This document shows, in pieces, positions 41,008 to 57,084 of a stretch of 64,000 nt of DNA. A program made the position numbers and the translations under genes. Within the stretch, counting starts at the first letter, position 1; every line of letters starts with the position of its first letter. The notes beneath the pieces were generated by a model. It had not been told where the DNA came from. It worked only from the letters and a program-made list of their open reading frames with translations, and ran no database searches. The stretch comes from Auanema rhodensis (lineage: Eukaryota > Animalia > Nematoda): positions 9,114,001 to 9,178,000 of the forward strand of contig OZ059895.1 in NCBI GenBank assembly GCA_964057225.1, written 5' to 3'.

Positions 41008-42899
41008 TTAGAAAGCATATGGAGCATTGTTTTCATCGTTATTTCTATAAGTGTTCTCATTTTCGTTATCATCGTCATCAGCGAAAAATTCGGAGATAAT
41101 ACGGTGGGAGATACCATAGATTTTCTCAGACTCAGAGCTCTGAAGGTTTTCAAGATGATCAAGTCCTCCAGCTTCTTCAATTTCAGTTTGCAAAGTGTCA
41201 TAAAGATGTGAGTCGCTGAAAGAGAATAATAAGAGAATAAAGTGAATTCCGCCTGGTATTTAAACTAACGTTGTTGAAACATTTGATAGAACTGTATAGA
41301 GGGTTTCCAGAGTGTTAGTGAGTAAATCAGGGTTATTTTGATTAAGAAGACCGCAGAGAACTGGAATAGCACCATCAGTCACTAAAGCAATGATCTGCTT
41401 CGATGTTCCTCCTTGGGCAAGATTGGCAACAGCCCAAGATGCTTCAAATTGACATTTGAACTCTCCCTATAAACAGGGATTTATAAAAAACAATTATTAG
41501 ATGTAAGTTACAGATTTTAGGACTTCAATAATGAAAGGAAGAAGTCCGGCATCAATCACTGCTTGAATTTGCGATTGAGTTCCAGCAATGATATTAGAAA
41601 GGAGCCAGCAACACTCCTTGATAACTGTGGAAGATCTTGCTCTTTCCATTAAAGATTCAAGTTCGCCTAATGTTCCAAGGTCGACAACAGCTTGAGTAAG
41701 TTCATCATTTCCTGTGGCCATATTTCCAAGAACTCTGAGAGCAGGAGCTACAAGAGTATCTCCTTCACCCAAAAATTTAAGAACTGTAGGAAGAACACCA
41801 GAGTTTCTCGTCAAAGCGATTTGCTCATCAGGTCCATCAGAAAGATAAGAAATAGCCCAACAAGCATCTTGGCGAACTTGCTTGTCCTAAAACGTACTAT
41901 AAACAAATTTACAATAAGTAACTGTCTACTTGATGTTGAACAAGTTTCGCCAAACCACGGCTAAGAACTTCAAGCACAGGCAATGGTGCATTAGGATTCT
42001 TGTGACGACACATGTTGGAATAAGCCCAAGCCAAGGTACGAGCGAAACTATCTTCCAAAGTATCAAGACGATTCATGAGAGACACAAGAGCATCAACACC
42101 ATGGCATTCTTAATAATCAAATTCTTAGAATTCGAATATTTTTGAACTAACCTATAACATAGTCACGCAGTTGAGCAGAATCACCAGCAATATTTGCAAC
42201 AGCCCATAAAGCTTGTTCTGCTAAAGCGGGATTTTGATTGACAGAAAGAACAACTAATGGAGCGGTAGCGCCAGCCTCCACTGCGGCAACGGTTTGAGAG
42301 GATGTACCAGACACAACGTTAGTCAATGCCCAGGCAGCTTCAAATCTAACCTTATCATCCTAAGAAAACTGATAAAGAATGAAAGACATATCGTACTTAC
42401 TTCAACGCTAAGAGCACGTACAAGGGCCTCCAAAAGACCACAGCGAATAACTTCATCTACAGGTGGGTTCTTGGACTTAGAAAGAGTACGACGAAGAGAT
42501 TCGAAACAGGATCTCATTTGTTCCAGATTAGGATCATTTGTAAGAATAGTGAGAACCTCCTCATTAGACAAGATAGCGGGCTTTACAGCTACGGTAGCTA
42601 AACGACTAAAATGTATCAAATACAATGAAAAAAAACCATACTTGGCTTCTCAGAGTCGGAAGCATCAGAATCTCCATCTTCTTTAAGATTTCTTCTCTTC
42701 ATAAGCAGTTGATCACCCTTCATTTTGCGGATTTCAACACTACATTCATTACGACGACGACGCATGTCCTGTAATACGGGTATAATAGCAATATATATTA
42801 AGACCAAACCTCATGCTTAGCCAAATTCTTGTATTGTTTCATGCGGACATCTTTACCTTCAGGGCTCTTATCGGCGTTGCCAACCTCGGAGAGAGTCAT
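41008..42899 (-). CDS. ima-2: Importin alpha, nematode IMA-2 type
   Basis: IBB domain YKNLAKHEDMRRRRNECSVEIRK...LMKRRN, SKSKNPPVDEVI, FEAAWALTNVVSGTS and ARM repeats through KECCWLLSNIIAG and FEASWAVANL. Confidence 0.9.
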
Positions 42900-43033
42900 C
42901 TTATTCTAAAATGTAACTTACAAACAAGTATACACATAAATAAATTAACAGTGAAAGAACTTTATGATTTAAAAACCAGCGACTGAATGATCCAATGAAT
43001 AGTCGATTATAAAGAGAACTTCCAAAATTATAT

Positions 43034-43053
43034 TTTCCCGCCTCCTTTTTAAA
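43034..43053. promoter_or_regulatory. E2F-like site (TTTCCCGCC) with a CHR-like TTTAAA in the ima-2/RCC1L divergent promoter
   Basis: ttttcccgcctcctttttaaa, ~135 bp 5' of the ima-2 ATG. Confidence 0.4.
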
Positions 43054-43289
43054 TTTAGCGGCACACTGAATAGATGTCTGTCAGCAGTATTTACGCGGTT
43101 TCGGTGTACATGCAAGGTATACACAGTTATTGGATAGAAATTTTTTTGGTTCTTTTTATACTCATGCGAAACGAAACGGGAAGCCGTACATGAAAATTAG
43201 TTCATATTAAAATTGAGATTTTTCATTGAATTCCTAAGGTACACTACTTAAGTTTTGCGTATAAGTGTGATATGTTACAGATCATTAAA

Positions 43290-45000
43290 ATGTTCTTATC
43301 CCAAGTATTAAATCGTTCAAAATCAACTGCAAACAAGGTTTTTTTGAGCATTATATTCCTTATTCTAACTAACCTTAGGTTAATTGCGCTGTTTATGGCA
43401 GTGGCTTGTCAGCCAGTGGAGCTTTAGGCATTCCCAGGTTGATTTTACAAAACTAACGACAATTTGTACAATATTATTTAGCCTTGTAGTTAATAACAAA
43501 GCTGTTAAAGCTAAAGAGCAACCAAATCCCGTGCGTGTCACATACTTGAACACTCTGGATATCGATAAAATCTCAGCTGGTTTCGGCTTCTCTATTTTTG
43601 CTTCCAAAAATACTTTGTATGGAGCAGGATTAAATAATAGGTTCAACGAATTAAACCATATGCTTTAACATATTTTGGCTCTAGATCTCAAATAACTACC
43701 CAGAAAAACTTTGATAAAGGACAAGATTATTATATTAGCTGCAAAAAACTCTTTCTGCCCGAATGTTTGATGAAAAGAACAGATTCATTTGTATACCTCA
43801 AAGCTTACAGGTTCTAAAATAATTTCAATATCTTCCGGTAGAGCTCATTCATTAATAGCTACAGATAAAGGAGTGTATGCTTTCGGCGATAATTGTCATG
43901 GACAATGTGGTTTTGATCCATCCATACATTCCGAAGTGTTTGGGGTGAGTAAGTTATCGCCTGTACTGTTAATTTTTTGAAAACAGACAAACACTACGCC
44001 TTTAACTAAAGTCAATTTACCTTCGGATTCTGAAGTCGTTCAAGTTCACTGTGCTCTTGATACTTCATATATTGTAACCGCTAAGGGTGAAGTACTATTT
44101 AAAAAAATACTAATTTTAAAAAATATATTCAATAGGTATTTGCTTTCGGTTTAAATGAGGATGGTCAGTGTGCTAATGGTTCTTTAGGAATTCAGCACGT
44201 TCCTACTCAAATTACAGGTTGTTTTTATATTTCAATAAATATAACTTTACTTTAATTATCATATAGAGACAATTTTTTGATTGTTAAAACTTCAGGTGAT
44301 TGCACTGGAACTAAAATCAGTCGTATCAGCGGTAGCTCTGATACACTTTTTGCGTTATCTGACAGTGGCGATGCTTTCATATGGGGTCAATGTGAGTATA
44401 ATCAAGCTGGTACAAATTTAAATGATGTACAAGTAAGAAATATTCACGAATGACAATGTTATCCGATCAATATAGTTGAAATACTCCAGCAGGCTTCCTT
44501 TTAATATTGGCAAAATTAAGTCTATTGACAGCACATTTGCTGGTGTAGTAGCAGCAACATCAGATGGAAAGGTTTCTCTTTTTGATTTAATAATTTTATT
44601 TGATGGTTTTAGGTGTATGTATGGGGAGTAGGATTAATTGGACTAGGTCCTACTGTGCAGAATCTTTCTCGGCCAACTGTAATGGATCAGCCCTTATTTA
44701 ATAATATTAAAGTAAGAATGCATATAATTTGTTGTCTTTATTGAATTTTTTAAAGGTTGCAAAAGTTTTTGGAGGAAATACTAGCATGGGAGCTTTGACT
44801 GAGAACGGAACATGTTTTGTTTGGGGCCAAAATAGGTATTTTGAGGTGTACCGAAATTAACTAGCCATGTAATATTCAGATATGGCCTTTTGGGCCTAGG
44901 CCACAAGAAAGATCAATACTTTCCGTATCAAATATGTGTACCTGGATCAGTGAAAAATTTAGCATTAGGACCAGATCATTCTTTATTACTAATGAAATAA
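43290..45000 (+). CDS. RCC1-like mitochondrial protein (RCC1L/WBSCR16-like)
   Basis: VYGSGLSASGALGIP, ISAGFGFSIFAS, LYGAGLN, ISSGRAHSLI...VYAFGDNCHGQCG, VYVWGVGLIGLGP and VWGQNRYGLLGLGHKKDQYFP...LGPDHS. Confidence 0.85.
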
Positions 45001-45124
45001 TACATTTAGTTATTAAAGCCTTATTACATATTATTTTGAGTTTTTGTTATATATCTGGTATATTCCTTTTATATATATTTGTTGATATACGCTTATCATA
45101 ACATATCTCATAAATTAAAAGGAC

Positions 45125-45702
45125 ATGACTATTGAACGTGCTGCTGGTCTGGTTGTTTATAGGAAAATTGCTGACAAGTTCGAATACCTTTTGCTCAAGG
45201 CGAGCTATCCACCATATCACTGGAGTCCACCAAAAGGTTATTAAGAATTCACCTAATATCTTATAGTTAATTGTAGGTCATGTTGATCCCGGCGAAACCG
45301 AATGGCAGGCTGCTTTAAGAGAAACCGAGGAGGAAGCTGGTTTCAAGCCAGATCACCTTGATATTCATGAAGATTGTCATCATACACTCTCATATCAGGT
45401 CCTCATATTAATATATAACTTTTTTTTGTAACTTCAGAACTGCTTTCAGGTTCCTAAACGTGGGGATCCAAATGTGATGGTTGATAAAACCGTAAAATAT
45501 TGGTTGGCTGGGTTAAAAAATCCTGAAAACATCACCTTATCTGATGAGCATACTGTTAGTTGATCTTACTATTTTTATTTATATTTCTAGTTTTTAGAAT
45601 TCTAAATGGTTAGAAATTGAAGAAACTGTTGTTACAGCTGGATTTAAAGATATGGAACAATTGATTCGAAAATTCCACGAGTATCTTTTATCGAAAAAAT
45701 GA
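45125..45702 (+). CDS. ndx-4: Nudix hydrolase, asymmetrical Ap4A hydrolase (NUDT2)
   Basis: RAAGLVVYRK...[40 protein letters not shown] (Nudix box)...KTVKYWLA...LSDEH. Confidence 0.93.
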
Positions 45703-45814
45703 ATATATTATTCATGTGATACTTTTTAAATAAATAGTTTTTAAAAACCTTTTAAATGTGATGAAATAAATCTTTTCTAATTCAAATTCAAATTTAGTTT
45801 TTTTTTTTCAAAAA

Positions 45815-46526
45815 ATGTCAATGAGCTCCTCCTCTTTTCCATTATTACAATCCGACGGATGTCTTCCTGTATGCTGTTCAGCTCTGTATTTTTTATTTTG
45901 ATTCAAGTAGCCATAGGTATACTCAAGAGTTTTCTCCGTGAAGAAGTTTTGTTCAGGCAATGCTGCCGAGCGCGCTTTGGATATGCCAATCGAATCTAAC
46001 CCTTCTGCACTATCTAATGGTAATGATAAACACCTTGATGATCACGTTCACAAACTCTTGGATATTGCTATTGACAAATTGAGTTCAAAAGTTCTGATGT
46101 TTGTTTCATACCCAATACTCTGAATAACTTGAAAATTTAAGATTTACATGTGCAAGAAGTGATGCTCCACCTTTAGATTGTAAAACCAGTGATACTATGT
46201 CAGTTTGCTACAACAATCATGATGTTGTTGTTATGGGAATTCCTCTCTAGTAAGCTGTGTATTTGTTTATTATTATTTATTTATACGTTTAAATAGTTAT
46301 AAGGATAATGATAGTGAATTGAAAAATATTGTATCATGGATACATAGATGTTCTGTTCAAAACAAAACAGAAAATGCTTACATTATGCAAGTTATTATTG
46401 ATCGTCTTCGACAAACACCTATTCTGTAAGTTCATATTGTCTTATCTGATTTCAATTTAGTATTTAAGCTATAATACTGTAAGTTTCACACAATGGATTT
46501 GTGGAGTTTTGATAATTATAATTTTG
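45815..46526 (+). CDS. Hypothetical ~180-aa multi-exon protein, no recognised domain
   Basis: MSMSSSSFPLLQSDGCLP joined by four ~40-50 nt GT-AG introns gives a continuous frame (VYSRVFSVKKFCSG...YKDNDSELKNIVSWIHRC...VLIII*). The last exon is less certain. Confidence 0.55.
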
Positions 46527-47298
46527 AGAATGTTTTAATGTAAGAGTAACTTTAAAAAAATCTTCAGAATATGTTGTATTATTTATTTATTGCAATCGTT
46601 GTCCAATGTTGTATTACATTTATCTATAATAATTTTTTTTGAGTTGAACCTTTAAGAATAATGATTAATTACCTAGATGCTGTCTGTTTTTTTCAAGGGC
46701 ATTTATAGATGTTTTCAACCATTCGTGCTCCATTTTTAATGCTTCCTCTAAGGAAATGACATTCTTTCTTTTGTTTTCAATCTAAATTTTAAATTAATAA
46801 TAAAATTATGTTTCAAACAAACATCTTTGATTTCTTTGCTAATGTTTATGAGAAACGATTGACTATTAGTTTCTAATATCTTCAATGATTTAGCCATCGA
46901 AGTACTTATCTAATTTTGATTTTAAAAACTTTATGGTATGGAATCAATAAAATACCACAGCTGTTTGACGATAAAGTTGCTCTCTAATCAAATCTAATGG
47001 CTTCTCTTCACTGTCACCACAAGTTCTAGAATCGGGCTGCACAATACTGTACTTGGATGAATATGAATGAAGCTTACTTCATTCTGTCCATTTTTTGCGA
47101 ATGACCAACCGCTATTTGCTGCCATTATAAATAAAAATAAAACTGTTAAATTTGCTATTTTCAATTCTAAATCCTTTCAAATATCTTTTTAATTTCTTTT
47201 CTTTTATTGTTTTTTTAAAATTAGCTTTCATGGTTCTTTAAGATAATACTTTAAAAATTTATTAAAATATAATCAATCAGGTAGATAAATGAAATATT

Positions 47299-48151
47299 CT
47301 ATACATTTCTTGTACGAACACGTTGCTGCTCTATGAAATCAGGTCCTCCTGATGTTGCTACCTGAATATATAAATTATTTAAATATTAATAGATATTCAG
47401 AACCTCATTGTTTCTCCAAGACAAAAACTTTAGATAACAGTCAAATCCATATGCGCACATCGCACCAAAAGCAAAGAACTAAATAGTATCATATTAACAA
47501 CATTCTCTGTATTCACTTTTAAAATATTCTACGATGCACAAGTATTAATGTTTTCTGTTCAAGTTGTACATATCTGAAACCTACCGAGGCAAACGCATAA
47601 GTACCAGTACCAGAATGTTGAGCTACAACTGCAGCTAAAACTGAAGCAGCGATAAAGAAGAAAATTGTCCAAGCAAAGCAAAAGCACATTTCCTTAAGCA
47701 TTCAATTCTCTTAATTTCAAAAGTAAAATTATTATACTAGAACAATCCATGGTACTTGAGGTAAACTGTCAACTACACGGAAAATATATAATAGCAAGAG
47801 AGTTGTAGTGATCGAGAGACCGATAGAAGTAACAAAAGTAGCCCAGCTTGCGCCTTAAACAAGTAATAAGAGTTATAAGTATTATTTCTTTCTTTAAACC
47901 TGGAAATGCTGCTCTAGCAAAGAGAATCATTAAAAAGCAAAGGAAGCATAGAATAATACAAAGTATTTTCATAATACCACCCAATGTTTTAATATACGAG
48001 CAATCCGCTTTTGGTATAGATAACTGAAGAATTCTTGAAATTAATTAGATAATATTGCTTCGGAACTTACTTGAACTGTTGGACCATTATCGACAATATA
48101 TTCTGTTGTTTCTACAACCGATGTTGTAGTTGTATACCGTGGCTCGTGCAT
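47299..48151 (-). CDS. MARVEL-domain four-TM protein (CMTM/plasmolipin-like)
   Basis: MHEPRYTTTTSVVETT...YPKADCSYIKTLGGIMKILCIILC, four hydrophobic segments and AFGAMCAYGFDCYLKF. Confidence 0.85.
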
Positions 48152-50539
48152 CTTAATTAAAAATTGTTTTTTTCAAATATTATAAGAAAAAGTAAAGAGA
48201 TATTGTTCCTAATTTTATCCTAATACAGGCATGTTCTAAAGTATCAGACGAACTGTACAGACAATAAAGACAAATGTGAAAATTTACATGATAAGTCAAC
48301 ATAGCAGAAGGGAGAAGTCACAAAGCTTTATACAGCGCGTGAACTAAGATGATTAACAAGCAAACCTAAGACTCGGGAGGGGGTGATCGTTCATAAAGTT
48401 CAATTTGAATACAACACTTTTTCTCGAAGATAATAAGAAAAGCGGCTAGAAAAGTTACGAGCTAGAATTATAATACACTGCATCATAGCAAAAGCATCAG
48501 ATGAACTCAATAAGTGAGCAAAGATTTTTTCCAGGTTCCAACCCACGCGCTATTTACAACAGGAACAGCTGGGGATTCGCATTATCGAATGGTGAGAGAT
48601 AAATTGAAACAGAGAAATACTGAAGAAAAATAACAAAAAGACGTTTTCAACAATTCATCTTGGTCATACTTATTGTGCTACAATCATATGAGCCTACATT
48701 TATATTCATTACTTAAGAAATTAAAAGATTCAACAATTAACAAAAACTAAAATCTCACTTTTTTATGATTATCGAAATCAGACATCTGCGAAGTGTTGTG
48801 TTGATTGTTCGAATGTTGACCTTTTCTGAAATTTATCTGATATTATCATTGATTTTTAAATATTGACTTATGAATGAAACTTTAAGTTAAGGCCAAGTTT
48901 TTTCTAGATCACATCAGTTGCTCTATTTAGTACAAAAACAAAAATTATCAGGTAGTTTATCTATATAAAACAGCAAACTTATTTTAAAATAAAATGCTAA
49001 GATAGAGCAGTTGGACATATGAATGCTATGAAAACCGTGACGGTCAATATGTCAAAGTTCGTTTCCGAAGATGTAATAGAATACGGTTTGCGAGTTCTTT
49101 GTATATCTTGAAAAAGCGTAAGAAGCATATTGTATCGAAGCTTTCAACATAAAATACCACAAAGAGAAATATCGGAAAGTCGATGTCTTTTGTCTTTTTA
49201 AACATTACCAGATATTTAAATTGTTGACTAAATTCTTTCTGAGACTAATGAATTAGAAAAAAAATACATTTTGCACCTATTTTGAAATATATGTATGTAT
49301 AATGTGTCCTATTCTACCAAATGAGGAATAGATTGCTTATTTAGTATTTCGGTCTCTTTATACCACTGAAGTTCTTCGTCATTTTTAACCACGTTCTTTT
49401 ATAATCAGATTTGTTCATTCAATTAACTTTTTGTAAATATTAATAGAGAAAGGCTATATTAAGTAAATAAAACTGAGGTGTATTGATTACTCGAATACTC
49501 ATTTAAAGCAACTTATAATAGTAAATACTCAACCCTCACATAAGTGTTACTACTGTATTAAAACATAACAACTTTAAAAAATTGTTTCTAGGACTGTACA
49601 AAATATTTTATTGTGAACTCTTAAATATATCAGTTTCAAATAAATCATAGAAATATGTTTATATTATTGCTTCGGATTTTTTCACAGTATGTCATATGAA
49701 TTAAATCAGCACAATGTAGTTTTAATTCATTTACTATAAACGTATTAATACTAAAAAACAACAAATGAATACTGAAATCTTCAATTGAAAACAAACAAGA
49801 ACGACCTATTAGTGATAATGATAAAGTTTTCAATAACTGTAGCACAAGGAACTAAAAAAAAAGATGCTTGAACTTCTTACAAAGTAAGTAAGTTACTAAT
49901 ACAAAAATTAAAATTCGAACACTAAACCTTCACAGTTAGGATGATTTTATAAATGAAAAGTTAATCTTGATCAGTATCATAATAACAAGTGCTGGGGATC
50001 ATTTGATTTAAGAAAAGCTTTACTCCTAGATTTATTTGCTATGATAGATACATAACAGGTTACCAGATTTGTTCAACAAATCAAAAAATATGAATAAAAA
50101 ATTGATACAGTATACTCCAGAAGTATCTCAATGAAAATTCTAAGATTACAAATTTTTATCAAACTGTGTCTCACAATACATTGGTTTTATTTCATCAGAA
50201 AAATCGTCTGTCTTATATCCTCTGATCAACAACGAAGCGAAGGTCTTATAAATCGAAAGGAACAACTCTGTTCAAATGACACAATGTACGTAATAAGTTT
50301 ATGTTACTTATTGCAAGTGATATTTTGAATTTAACGTCAATTTTCTTATGCAACGGAAGAAAACTATAATATTGTTGTTTGGTGGTTTCTTGTATAAGAT
50401 TGGTTTGTAAATAACCTTATATTTATGTTTGTCGTATAGTAACATATATCTGTATTGGTATATATTATATTTATTTGCTTAAATTTCATATTTTATTATC
50501 TCATATTATTTTCGGTCGTCTCATCTAGGGGTTTGGAAG

Positions 50540-54425
<3,886 letters not shown>

Positions 54426-55128
54426 AAGTCTTTGTTTATTTGTTGAGTTTGTGATACACATACCATTTAATTGTTTTCTTATGGATTTATTTCAATGATT
54501 ATAAAATTTTAACGGTTTTATTCTTTAATATAGTTTTTTCTGTTCTACAGTAATTAGGATAAGTTATGGGATTTTGAAAAAAATATTCAATACTAACATT
54601 TCTTTCAAAAAATTGGAGTGCTATTAAAAGGTCCAGCTTTCAATATTTACTCGATTCAGGGTTCTAAATTGTAATAAGTTTGAAGCAATTTCTAAAAGCT
54701 TCTTTTTTTTGTTTTTTTAACCTCATTCTTTTTCTTTAGTCGACCTTTTTTTTTCAATGTAGTCGATGTCGATAAAGTCGATCGTAGACACATCTACACG
54801 TAATTCACCTCTAAAAGAGGTAACTTCTTTAGCAAGTACGCAATATTGTCTTGAGTGTTATTTCAGGATTTTCGTCTCATGTCACTAAAATATTTTTGAT
54901 TTAACGGCACATCTCTGTTTCCTGTCTTCTTTTGTAATTGTGGGAACTCTATATTTTTTATATTTATTGACGTAGATCACAGTTATTGTTTACATTATTA
55001 TTTTTATTAGTATTTATAACAGTTTTTACCATTTTATAAAATCGTTATTTTCTTGAATATTGCATTTATTAAATCTTATTCTGTTTTCAGAAGTTGATAG
55101 AATTTATAGTATATTCTAATAAATAAAG

Positions 55129-56915
55129 ATGGGTAAAGGATATCAAAATTTCATGTCCAAAAAGGACTTCCATCCTAGTGCTTGGTGGAATTTAAAAAGA
55201 GTAAGTGTTTTCTTTGTTTGTTTCGTTTTCATACGATACGTTTGAGGTCTGGGAAGCCGAACAAACTAAAGCACAAAAAGAGAAAAAGGAAGAAGAAATG
55301 AGAGTACAGTATCAGAAAGAACAAGAAATGCTTAATAATAAGTAATTTAACTTGAATATTTCTCATTCACAATTAAATAATAATTTAGAGCTCTTCTTGG
55401 AGATGAAAAAGCTAAGCTAGGTCTTTCTTTTATGTACGAAGCTCCCGCTGGAATGACCAAGAGAGAAGAACCAAAAGTATGTTTTTATATTTTGATGAAA
55501 CCTCATTCATCTTTATTAAGGAAGAACCCAAATTCGAGTGGCAGAGAAAATATCAAGCTCCTCGTGAAGAGTGGGCAAAAAATAATGAATTAATTCAGGA
55601 TCAGCCTTTCGGTATTCAGGTTTGCTTGTTTCAAACTAATATTTTTAACCTGTTTATCCTTCAGGTTCGAAATGTTCGTTGTTGTAAGTGTCATAAATGG
55701 GGTCACTTAAATACAGATAATGAATGTCCCCTATATGGAATGAGTGGCAACTATGATGATGCTGGATGTAAGCTCTATAGTTTTTTTTATGACTAAGTTT
55801 AATATATTCAGATGCAAATAATCCATCCGATTTGTTCAAAGAACTCAAAAAAGGGCCTTTATCGAATAGATTAAAGGAGTAGGTTTTTAAATTAAATTTT
55901 TTTTATGGGTAAGCATTTTCAGCAATGATGAAGAATGGGTGGATAAAGCTCAGTTAGCAGAAGATATGAAAGAGAGTCACGGTCTCAAATTAAAGGGAGC
56001 AGTACTCGATGGTTAGTTCAGTCTTACGGATATTGAAACAATTGGTTTTATTGTTATTTAGGTATTAGAGAAGATCAACAAGTATCGAATTTGAAAGGAC
56101 CTGTTAGTGAGGCAGAACAAATGCGGTTATTTTTATCAACATTAAGTGATAAAGAAAAGAAGAAATTAATGAAGTTCGTTATTTTTTATCTTTATTTATT
56201 AATGCATGATTCAATTTAAGAAAACTAATGGGAGGAGACTCGTCCGAAAAAAAGAAAAAGAAGTCAAAAAACAATAAAAAAAGTAAAAAGGAGAAAAGAG
56301 TGAAGGCTCAGAGCTCTTCAGGTTGAATTTATCAGTTAGAATAAGACTAAACAATTTATATTCAGATTCCGACTCCTCCAGTTCTGATGATGAACGGGAC
56401 AAGAAGAAAAATCATAAAGAGGAGCGTTATGAACGACGAAGCAGAAATGATTCAGAAACAGATCATTCTAGACATAATAAAGAGCAGACGAGAAAGCAAC
56501 GAAGATATGATTCGGATCAGGATAGCGAAGAAGAGCTTAATGATAACAGAAAAAGTGAAAGACGGCATGAAAATCGCCGGGAAGACCGACGTAATGACCG
56601 ACGTGATGACCGACGTGATGACCGACGTGATGATCGCCGGGATGACCGACGTAATGACCGACGCGATGATAGACGTGACGACCGACGTGATGATAGACGT
56701 GATGATAGACGCGATGATAGACGCGATGATAGACGCGACGATAGACGCGACGATAGACGCGACGATAGACGTGATGATAAACGCGACGATAGACGTGACG
56801 AACATAGAAGAGATGGACGACATAGCGATGGTAAAAAAGATGATCATTATAGGTATGCTTTAATAAGAAGTTCATAGAATAACGTGAATGTTTCAGCGGA
56901 CACAGGAGAAGATAA
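55129..56915 (+). CDS. cir-1: CIR1/CWC25-family splicing factor/corepressor with a long RD-repeat tail
   Basis: [53 protein letters not shown] and zinc knuckle [22 protein letters not shown]. Confidence 0.93.
56575..56810 (+). repeat. 12-bp coding tandem repeat encoding (RRDD)n, ~19 units
   Basis: gatgaccgacgt and gatgatagacgc variants, translating [16 protein letters not shown]... Confidence 0.95.
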
Positions 56916-57084
56916 TCTCACATGTATGTTAATATCCATTCCGTTTGTACATAACTGTATCAATAAATACTTTATGATTGCTTGGATTTATATAAAGTTA
57001 ATGATAACCGTAATTCTGACGCATACTTAACGTATAATGAGTATAAATGTTGGCTTAGGGAGTAGTGTTTCAGTACTTTTCATA

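Noticed and set aside
49645-50328. Short ORFs in the MARVEL-aars-2 gap, and similar ones at 21178-22200
   Set aside because: They have the I/L/F/N/K-rich composition typical of random AT-rich DNA and no coherent exon chain.
56387-56875. Three extra long ORFs overlapping the cir-1 tail (MTDV-, IVAS- and HHVG/RRVY-repeat translations)
   Set aside because: A stop-free 12-nt repeat keeps several frames open automatically. Only the RD frame splices into cir-1.
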